Part shown: piece by piece, positions 13,981 to 24,101 of the stretch | Layout of the letters: each line of letters opens with the position of its first letter | Position numbering within the stretch: position 1 is the first letter of the stretch | Assembly (NCBI RefSeq): GCF_032062105.1 | Contig: NW_026935438.1 | Coordinates: 310,001 to 374,000 of the forward strand | DNA from: Saccostrea cucullata | Lineage: Eukaryota | Direction of reading: 5' to 3' | Length of the DNA: 64,000 nucleotides | Translations under genes and position numbers: made by a program | Notes under the pieces: model-generated | What the model saw: the letters and a program-made list of their open reading frames with translations, nothing else | Told to the model about the DNA's origin: nothing | Databases searched by the model: none

Positions 13981-16900
13981 ATGGCTTCCCTTTTAAACAA
14001 AGTTGTAATTATAACAGGTAAATTTTTTTTCATTTTTTGTATCGATATAAATGCTGAAATTCCTCCAGTTATTTATTGTTTTTTAGCTATTGCAATTTTT
14101 ATGTGACATAAATGAGTTCTATAGTTCATTGCTTCACTGAAGCAATTGATTGGTTGTATGTTGTTTAACGTCCCTCTCGAGAATTTTTCACTCATATGGA
14201 CACGCCTCCACTTGTGGAGAGCAGCAAATTGTGTCCTACTCGGCGGCACTCAGGACCATTGCGCAGTGATTGAATTGTTCACTTAACATAAAAGCAAGGA
14301 AGTTATATATTTATACATGTAAAGACGAATTCTATATCATTGTTTACTTTATGTTTTTATCTCATTCTAAAACAGCATATATTCATGTTCAAATTCGAAT
14401 ATTGACTCCACTTTTTTTTTATCTACGATGTTTTATTTGAATATCAGGTGCTAATTCTGGAATAGGAGCTGCAACTGCGCTTGCATTCGCCAAAACTGGT
14501 GCAAGGTTAGTTTTAGCGGCGCGGAATCAGGAGCGACTAAACGATGTAGCAAATCAATGCTCGGCAAAGGGACTACCACAAGAAAAGGCAAGTAAATAGA
14601 CGGCAAAGGGACTACCACAAAAAAAGGCAAGTAAAATAGACGGCAAAGGGACTACCACAAGAAAAGGCAAGTAAATAGACGGCAAAGGGACTACCACAAG
14701 AAAAGGCAAGTAAAATAGACGGCAAAGGGACTACCACAAGAAAAGGCAAGTAAATAGACGACAAAGGGACTACCACAAGAAAAGGCAAGTAAAATAGACG
14801 GCAAAGGGACTACCACAAGAAAAGGCAAGTAAATAGACGGCAAAGGGACTACCACAAGAAAAGGCAAGTAAAATAGACGGCAAAGGGACTACCACAAGAA
14901 AAGGCAAGTAAATAGACGACAAAGGGACTACCACAAGAAAAGGCAAGTAAAATAGACGGCAAAGGGACTACCACAAGAAAAGGCAAGTAAAATAGACGGC
15001 AAAGGGACTACCACAAGAAAAGGCAAGTAAAATAGAAGCACAAGTACGTATGCATTTCAATAAAATGTTCTGGCTGCTATTTTGAAATACATGTAGTGGT
15101 ATAGAGAATCGTTTTCATTGTATGAGGGAAGAGGTATTCAGAGAGTCACCTTTGGTTGAGAAATAGGTAAGAAATAGCTCTGCACCATCAATATCCAATG
15201 TGTGAAATGTATATAAGTTATGAATATATAATGAGTCAATTTTTTTCTTCTTGATTATGGATATAGGTATTGGTAAAAAGATGTGATGTCACGAACGAAG
15301 AGAATCTGAAAGGTTTGGTTGGATCAGCTATAGATAAATACGGGCAAATCGACATACTGGTAATAAATTTTTGATTTAAAAACATTCACATAGGCCTATT
15401 TATTTTAAATTAAACACTAATTCTTTCCTGAAGTGGAGAAGCAGAAAAACTCAACATTTATTTCAGGTAAACAATGCAGGGAGTGCTCAATATGTCAACT
15501 ATCTTGAAACAACAACGGAAGTGTTTGATACTACCTTTAATCTCAACATCCGGGCCCCCTTTTTTCTCACCAAGCTGTGTACCACACACTTGAAGAAAAC
15601 TAAAGGTGATCAAAGTACTAAGAAGTACAGAGAGCCGGGCTCATTTACAGAGTAGAATGAATTTCTTACATGAATCAAACGTTTATATTCTGATGAAAAA
15701 ATTATTTTACAACTATCAATATAAATGATAAGATACTGACAGTGAGTTTTCGTTCCTAATACCACGGTCCGATTCTGTCAGAATCAGAATTAATCTGGTA
15801 CCGCAGCTGAATGTAAACATTCCAGGCCAGTCTGGTTCCCTCTCCCGCTTTACCTCGTATGTGTAGAGAACTACGACAACACTAATTATCAAAAATCCTT
15901 ACGCTAATGAACTATGTTCTTTGACTTAGGACTGAAGTTTTCAAAGTCATTACTACTAATGTTTTATATAGATAAAACTTTGTTTTATTTTTGTTGCTTT
16001 TAGCGTTTGTATTATCTCAAAAGCGGTTGAGAGTAAGAACTATATTTTTACTCGTAACTTTAAAATGGTGACTATGGGGTGGACTTCCTGCCTTGAACAG
16101 GATGACATAAGCCGGCAATTGCTCTTTGAGCAATAAGCCCAGCTAAAAATCAAAGCTTAAATTCAGTTATGAATTAAACTGAACTAGAGGTACTGTGAGC
16201 AATGAGCTCACTAAATGATACCCCCGCCTCCCATATGTATAAAATGGCAGTGTCCATGTTTTGCTATGGGAAACCCAAAATATGTGTCGGATCAAAGAGT
16301 AAAATAGGAGGCGCACAATGGCAATATGTAATAAAGATTCTTTCAAAGTTACATCAAATTTCATTCAGTGGTATAAGAGGAGTTGCGGATAAGAGATAGG
16401 TACACCAAAGCGTAATAGACGGACGAAGGGACGGACGTACGGACGAACAGACATACCGATTACTATATACCCTCGCAAGATTCCAATAAGAAGTTTGCTA
16501 TTTTATATAGGATGTGTGGTGAATGTCTCAAGCCTTGCGGGACAACGTTCAGTAAGTTTTTACATTTAAACTTAAAGTGTTATTGTATTCATAAAGTGAT
16601 AGAGCTATAGTTTAAACTGTTAAGCATATACTGGCTGCACATGCTACTATATGTTCAGTTTTAATCCCAGTATTCGTTAAAGACACTACTTTATTCTCCC
16701 AGTTTCCGATTGCAATGGTGTACGGAATGACTAAAGCAGCCATGGACCAGTTTACAAGGACTCTGGCGGTTGGTCAGTATTTTATACAAATCACTCTCGT
16801 AGTGTTTCCTGGGTTTATTTTCATTTTTGTCATGTAAATTATCTGTTATTTACAGATCTGGTGAAAGATAGTGTTCGGGTTAATTCAGTAAAGTGAGTAA

Positions 16901-19900
16901 CAAAGAGGAGATATTTTTATCCAAAACAAATAAGTTACGCATTCTGCAATTTAGTACAGTGTATCTTGTTCACACTACTTATTAATTACACTCCAGCCCA
17001 GGAGTTATCGACAGTCTGGAATTTCAGGCTTGGTGTAAAATGCGGAGGATGGAGTCTCCACAAAACTCCAAAATGGAGGGTCAGAGAGTGCAAGGGGTGG
17101 AGCCTCTTGTGTCAGTTTTTATACATTTGCCCGTTTTATCTTTCAATCATTTTAGAAGCTGGATACAACTGGGTTGCTTGTAGAGCTCTCCATCGGTGAT
17201 AAAAAGTGCCTGTCAGAATTAATTACTGAGTCTAGATACTGGTATGTCCCAAAAATTTTATTGCAGATAATTATGTCATGCAGATCACTTTGTCTGCAAA
17301 TTATCAACAATTAAAAAGTATATTTCACATTGCTGTAAAAGCTGCTAAAGCTTCTGTATGTGTAAACCACAAAAAGAAGATACAATTAAATTACAACTGA
17401 AAATGAAATTTAGCACAAAAAAGATAACATGACTTTCAATTATATCAACAACAAATGAGGGGACAATTTTTTGTCATCTTTCCCTAGAAGTTTAGGTAAT
17501 CTAGCCCTTAGCAATTTTAACATTTGGCCCTTCAGATATTTGATACCTATACTAATAAAATCTGTCAAGACCTCATGGGTTACTGCGAGATAGCAGTGTG
17601 AATCAGTCAGTTTCCATTGCACTTAGCATCTGTGATATCGCAAAACAAAATTTAAATCACAAGCACGGACTGCATGCCCCTCATTTGTTTCTCATATCTG
17701 TAGGTCATTCCGATTCTCATTTTGTTGTCTCTTTATCATGATGCTTGTTTCTCATTCTTTTTAGAGCAAAAAAATAAAATAAAAGAAAAACAGTTAATGG
17801 CCAGAGTTCTCCAATAAAACAATCAGTTCATTTACTGAATCTATTATTTAATTATTTTTAATTTTTCTAAAGTGGGATAATATTTCTGAGTGAATAATGA
17901 CATCACGGCACATTTCCAACATCGGACATTGCTTCGACAGCAATCAGATTTCAGATGGTAATAGGTGTTTTGTAATGAGGCCGATATTCCTTGACACCTT
18001 TATATACATATCAGTCTATTTATATATATCTGTATATAATATCACCAAAAGATAATAATTTTGATGCTATTCTGTTTCAGTCAGTCTCCGTTATCGTTAA
18101 AAATTAAATAATCAGCAAAGCTGTTCCCCTCGTTGAAATGTGGTGTTCATTATTTTTTTTTATTACTGTTGCCTGTTTCTTTGTTTCTCATATAGTATTT
18201 TATGGACTTTATAAACAAATGTCATCAGATACTGTCAAATGGTCATCACAAAATCAGGTTGGATCGAGATATAACTGAGTTTCATTCACTCAACTTCAAT
18301 GAAATTATTTTTTTAATTGTTTGGGTAATGTAACACTCTAACACATTCTCACGGAGTATCAGAAAATGAGATGACAGATCTAATAAGCACGTGCTAAATT
18401 TACGACAACACTATGCTCCACCTCCTGCATCTTCTAACACAAGAGGCTCTACCCCTTGCACTCTCTGACCCTCCATTTTGGAGTTTTGCGGAGACTCCAT
18501 CCTCCGCATTTTACACCAAGCCGGAATTTCAGAGGAGGGCTGGCATGACGGAGGAATTCTACAATCAGGTAGGCATCTTAAATTCTCCTGTTGTTTTATC
18601 CAGAATGAGATGTTTTATCAATCAAATCAAATAAGATCTTTGATCCACGGTCACATCGTATCTAGACAAAAATACAGTGTGTATTAAATTAATAGATAAA
18701 AAGAAAATAATTAAATAGCAAACGCTGTCATAAGAGTGTAGTACCCAGAACTTGAGTCTTGGTATCTAGTCGAGAAACAATAATGCTTACTAGTATCAAA
18801 TGATTGTCTTCATGTTTCAAACTGAGCTTTAAATGTTCATGTGAGCATGGAGTCTATATGAGCCTTATATGTTTGATTGATTAGTGCTTAACGCTGAGTT
18901 GGCAATACTCCTTGTATGGGTGTGTTTCACAGAATATTCAATATAATTCATTAGTAGGCTGAAACTTGAGAATTTAATGAATCATAAGTTCTGTCGAAAG
19001 GGAGTTTTTGAAAGTAAAATTGTATGAAAAATATACATGTACCTCCAGGATGAAAAATTACGAAATCTCAAAAACATATCTAATGGGTATAATAAACATA
19101 TTCTGAAAGTAGAAGTGGCTACTTCTTAAAATGTAAGATGTACTGGAAACGTGGTTTTTGGAGCAAAAATGTCCTATATGTGGCCAGCTAGACTCCCTTT
19201 AAAAGTGAAAAATCTTAAACCTTATTGCACTTTTACATGAAAAAGTACCACTCACATTGCGAAAGAAACTGTATACATTTAAAGTGCATAAAACGTAACA
19301 AAAGTCCAGGAATATTTTTTAAGGAAAAACGTCTGATCCTCTTCCCATTGGTCCCCATGATATAAATTAAAGTACTGAGACAGTACTGAAAGACGGGGTC
19401 AAATTAGTTTTCATGCTAGATTTCACAAATATGATTTTTGTAACGATCAGTTTTGATAAAAAAAATTATTAACAAGCTAAAAACAAAATTATGAATATTA
19501 TAAAATCGCATTTTTCTTTTAATTTGAAGTAGAAATTTCAGTAATTGGTAAGTCTAGAAACCTTTTTGAATTGTCCGAATTTCACCTGGTCCGAATTAAT
19601 ATATTTCCGGAAGTAAACAATGGATGATGCGTACGCAGTCGTAATACTACGCAGGAGAGTACTTTGTTTACTAGTGTGTTTTACAATTAATATTTTGAGT
19701 TTACATTTACAAAATGCTTCATTAATTTGATTTAGAAATAAGCTCATATCACTTTCTTCAGTTTGATACAAAATGTTTATATTTTGATCAAAACAATTTC
19801 TGCACTCTTTCATATAGCGTAGATTTAATTCATGTGTTATCACCACGGCTTCCTTTTTGAGGGTCTACAGTAAACTAATAGACGGGGTCACGTGACCCCG

Positions 19901-20701
19901 TCTAAAAAAGGTACTTCCAAAACCTTATTGCACATCTACAGGACAATCACATTCCAAAAGACACTGTGCCTACTGCTTTAAACAGAGAAGAACAATTGGT
20001 AGAAAAACAATAAACTGTTGTTTCGCGAATTCTTTGGTCGATGTAGTGATTTGTGACCTTGTTTCAAATACAATCTCTAAGTCAAATGTTGACTGACGTT
20101 TCTAATGCAGATATTGTTAGGCCATTATTTTTACACTGATTTGTCTATGGATTTACCCGATCAAATTTACCCGATCAACTCAGGTGCACACAGTTAGTGT
20201 GACCACTCGACAGGGGTGCTTACTCCACTATGGCACCTAATCCGATCTTAGATGTGTTTGCTCTGCTCCTGATCTGTATTGTTTTGATGAATTTTTGAGC
20301 AAGATAACTGTTCGTGATCTTCATATTTCACTTACCCCATACCGGGTATATAAAGGAAAATTTGAGATTCTTTTTGCACATCTACAGCACTCGACACTTC
20401 ATATCCACCCGCGCGATAGCCAGTCGTCTTTCAAAATAATTTATTGGTTGTGTCCTGTCGATGTGCAGAAGAATTTTGATAATTTATTTTCATAAAGAAG
20501 GCTAATCAAGCATGCAATAATAGAAACGTTTTTATGTTGTAGTACATAGAAAAACAGAAGGAACTACAGCCTCTGACGGGAGCTGTTGAACCGGAAGAGG
20601 TTGCCAAGGTGATCCTGTTTCTAGCGTCGGACCAATCATCATCGATCACAGGAGAACTAATTTATGTGGATGGAGGGCGTCACGCAATAATGCCCTTGTG
20701 A
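13981..20701 (+). CDS. Classical SDR paralog 2; exon 8 is interrupted by a TIR transposon (functional only if the insert is spliced out, otherwise a disrupted allele or pseudogene)
   Basis: Exons 13981-14017, 14448-14587 (GC donor), 15267-15359, 15467-15605, 16511-16551, 16703-16772, 16856-16892, 16997-17027 + 18533-18568, and 20543-20701. Same intron positions as paralog 1. Motifs TGANSGIG, VNNAG and YGMTK are intact. No other stops or frameshifts seen. Confidence 0.85.
14562..15036 (+). repeat. Minisatellite, 12 x 39/40 bp, made of the SDR2 exon-2 3' end plus its GC donor
   Basis: Unit CGGCAAAGGGACTACCACAAGAAAAG|GCAAGTAAA(A)TAGA. Copies are near-identical and alternate 39/40 bp. Confidence 0.95.
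16181..16480. repeat. Dispersed repeat with GGAC microsatellite (HINE-like), same family as 170-525
   Basis: Shares blocks with 170-525. The GACGGACG...CAGAC tract and TATATACCC end resemble a reversed HINE 5' end. Confidence 0.55.
17027..18522. mobile_element. Mutator-like non-autonomous TIR element (1496 bp) inside SDR2 exon 8
   Basis: 89-bp TIRs (17027-17115 and 18434-18522, 3 mismatches) starting GGCTTGGTGTAAAATGCGGAGG. 9-bp TSD GGAATTTCA at 17018-17026 and 18523-18531. AT-rich interior with no long ORF. Confidence 0.92.
20070..20330 (+). mobile_element. Diverged 3' fragment of the Penelope-like element
   Basis: GTGTGACCACTCGACAGGGGTGCTTACTCCACTATGGCACCTAATCC is the reverse-complement version of the motif at 21320-21380. 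Confidence 0.5.
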
Positions 20702-20756
20702 TGTACACTGCACTGACACTAAACATGTAAAAAGAATAAGCTTATAGTGTTCTATG

Positions 20757-20915
20757 TATGGGGCGCCGTTCTGGTATTTAGTGCCAAAAAGTGATATCAC
20801 CTATTCGAATAGGTGATATCACCTATTCAGTTGATGATATCACCTATTTGAATAGGTGATATCACCTATTCATTTCCATTTTTTTTGGCAGTAAATACCA
20901 AAACGGCACCTCATA
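20757..20915. mobile_element. 159-bp MITE with 6-bp TSD (TAT...ATA termini, IS3EU-like), just 3' of the SDR2 stop codon
   Basis: TSD TCTATG at 20751-20756 and 20916-20921. TIR TATGGGGCGCCGTTCTGGTATTTAGTGCCAAAAA / TTTTTGGCAGTAAATACCAAAACGGCACCTCATA. Confidence 0.85.
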
Positions 20916-21229
20916 TCTATGGATGAACTTTTTCACCATCAGAAACACAATTCTATGAAAGAAAGTTCAAATTTTCACTTTGGTAGAACAAGTGAAATTT
21001 AGTTTGACCCTCTTTTTTCAATTATATATACATTACTCAAGGTGCTGCATAATTATACCGGTACCCCCACTTGAAAAGTGGGAGGGTATATAGCGATCAG
21101 GATGTCCGTCCATCCGTCAGCACAGAATTCTGGCGGTATAAATGCAGCGGCCAGACTTTTATAAAAATGAATCTGGGGATGCAGCTTTTGGATGTTGTTG
21201 GATTTTTTAAAAAGTAAATAATGGAATGA

Positions 21230-22700
21230 AACATATGGAGATAACAAACAATATTCAAGATCAAAAGTCCATAAAACAATACAAAATAGAAGCAAAGCAA
21301 ACACGGAACCCAAAACATCAGAGGTGGGATCAAATGCCACGGAGGAGTGAGAATCTCCTGCCGACCGGTCATTACCGCTGTGTGCTCGTTGTCATGATCG
21401 GGAAATAACGGGAAAATCCGTCGTCACTTCAGTGTATAAATAGTGGTCTTACAATAAGTATGAAAAAAGGCAGTCAGCATTTGACTCTGTGATAAATTGT
21501 ATTTGCTGACAAGGTCATTGTATCGACCATAGAACTAACGAAATGATAACTTTAAACGACTGCTGATATTCGTGTTTCATCAACTTGTTTGTCAATAATT
21601 ACCTCGTTCATACATAGAACATGCCCTTGCATATCGAATCAAATGAGATACATAAACTCCGTATGCAGGTGATGAAGATATATTGCGGCATAGGTAAGGG
21701 AAGTTGACAATAGAAAAGTTAAAAGTCATCACGTTTATCATAGAGCTTGGTTGTTAGATTACCATTGACGTCTTTTTAAAGTAAAATACTCAGATATGAA
21801 ACAAATGTATCGGACTCTGTGGTACCTTTTATCTCAAGGTCACCAGGATATACCGTATTGACATAAGAAGGGAAATTACAATTTTTCATTGACAATACGT
21901 CGTCGATACACTAGCATTTAAATGTCGAGTTGAGGGCCACCACAGGTGTTTTCGTCTTTTACTGCATAAGATTTTGTACAAATTCTGCTTCATATGAACA
22001 AAAATAGGTCTGCTAATGACGGTGCTCAGTTGGTACCCATGGGAATTCTAATAGATTTTCGGAAGACCTGGTCTCCAAAAACAACATAGATATTGTCAAT
22101 CAGAAACTCAAGCATCTTTTTGATGTCGACTTCCGAGTACTTGTGTGTACAATAAAAATGTTTTTAAAATTTTGCAAATGACCAATGACAAGGTAAGTAA
22201 ATTTAAACATTCCATTTTTATTGAAAAGGCAGCTGATATCGAAAATCCTGGACTACAATTCATCGTGGGGAATGGTTGTAAAGTTGAAAAGTCGTAAGTT
22301 TTTTAAGCTCTTGCATTTTGGTAAATCTTGTGATTTCAAATTGTACAAAAGTTCTTGGAATTTTTAAGTATCCACATCTGATTTACAACACTTCTTGGAT
22401 ATATTGTTGTACAGTACTCTTGAAGTTTCTCCTTCACTACTGTTAATATCTTAGTAAGGAGTAAAGAACGAGGCTTGGTTGAACATTTACTGGAACCCGC
22501 TATGTATCTTTTTTTGTAAGGATTCTTGTGAAGTTTCGAAATCCAGTATACATGTATATACGGTAGTTCAAAATCATTTTGGTTCTTTGGGATATTAAAA
22601 CTATTCAAAACTGACACATGATTTTGGAGAATTTCCTCCTTAGAAAGGGAACTATGAGTATAAGTTGGGTTACCACTTATAGAAAGAACATATTTTATTG
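21230..22700 (-). mobile_element. Decayed, 5'-truncated Penelope-like retroelement (reverse transcriptase remnant, probably Naiad-type)
   Basis: Minus-strand peptides YWISKLHKNPYKKRYIAGSSKCSTKP, MLEFLIDNIYVVFG..IPMGTN*APSLADLFL, IDDVLS, KLYDKRDDF and NFPYLCRNISSSPAYGVYVSHLIRYARACS, with several frameshifts. No endonuclease seen after the RT thumb. Confidence 0.8.
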
Positions 22701-23706
22701 AGACCCAACCAAAGAAGTTCCATGGAGAATCAATTTTTAGATTTTGAGTGATGACCATCCTTTTACGGCTTCCGTAGTCTCGCGTAAAATAACTTTGAAC
22801 ATGCAGTAAATATGGAATCTTCTGACAAATCTGAATTATCTTTGTAGAAGGTTTAGCCTTACCAACGAAATTATGTCCTCATGAATCGGTAAAATTTTGA
22901 TTGTCAACATAAATTAAAATGATTCCGCAATAGGTATTGGTAAAAGAAAGCAACAGACTGAGTCTGAAATCCAATTTCGGTGACTATATTCTGTAATTCT
23001 CGGTGAAATTGACAGATTTCATGTAATCAACCGTCATGCGTGTTTTCTCTGCTACAAAGATAAAACTAAAGGATAGGTCTTGATATTTTTTTTTATATAT
23101 CCCATGCAAATATTTTACATTGTATACATTATAATACGTAATAAACATTCATTACAAAATATATTATTGCACATTATTTGACTAAACATTTTTTGCAGGA
23201 ATGTAAAATATGTTAATATCCTTTGGCATCACAATCACATACAAAAAAAAAATCACTTCATTGCTATAAAGAAACTAGTATAATATACACATATGATAAT
23301 TAGACATCTTTAACCTGTAGTATGTATTCTAAATTGACAAATGTGACGAAAGGGAATGTCAATATTGTATATTTCTAAAAGAAAAGATACAAATATGAAG
23401 AAAGCAGTTATCACAGATTTTTTTTCCATTTACCTTTAAGGCTCAATTCTAAAGAAAAAGTGCTAAAAAATTTCTTTAAAAATTTCATTAAAAATATCTT
23501 CAAAATTCGTAAGAACTCAAAAAAAACTTAGGAGCTGGTACATTATACATATTTTCTTTCGTAAATAATTAAACAACACAGATTTTTTTCCAACTTATAG
23601 CTATCTATAAACGTGGCTTAACTATCAGAAAGTGATCAACAGATACAGGTGAGCAGAAGGCACAAGAATTTGACCACAGGGATTTTGGAAAATCATCTTT
23701 TCTCTT

Positions 23707-24101
23707 AATAGAACTAAATCGTTGATGAATCATTCTGCTGTGGCCTGAATTGCTATCCTCTGTATATTTTATTTGAAGAATTAAATATGAAATAGAACTA
23801 AATCGTTGATGAATCGTTCTGCTGTGGCCTTGCTATCGTCTGGACATTTTATTTGGAGAATCATTTTGATATTAAATAGAACTAAATCGTTGATGAATCA
23901 TTCCATGGTGGCCTTGCTGTCCTCTGGACACTTAATTTGGAGAATCATTTTAATACAAAATAGAACTAAATCGTTGATGAATCATTCTGTTGTGGCCTTG
24001 CTGTTGTCTGGACACTTTATTCGGAGAATTATTTTGATATTAAATAGAACTAAATTGTTGATGAATCATTCTGATGTGGCCTTGCTGTCCTCTGGACACT
24101 T
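23707..24101 (-). repeat. 84-bp tandem repeat (about 4.7 copies) built from the last codons, stop codon and proximal 3' UTR of the sorting nexin gene
   Basis: AATAGAACTAAAT recurs at 23707, 23791, 23875, 23959 and 24043. The first minus-strand unit encodes KCPEDSKATSE*. Confidence 0.92.

Noticed and set aside
14562-15036. CRISPR-like appearance of the short regular repeats (also 26510-27605)
   Set aside because: No unique spacers, no cas genes, eukaryotic intron context. These are head-to-tail minisatellites.
1167-20701. Bacterial origin or contamination for the FabG-like genes
   Set aside because: Both have eight spliceosomal introns at shared positions and are embedded in host repeats.
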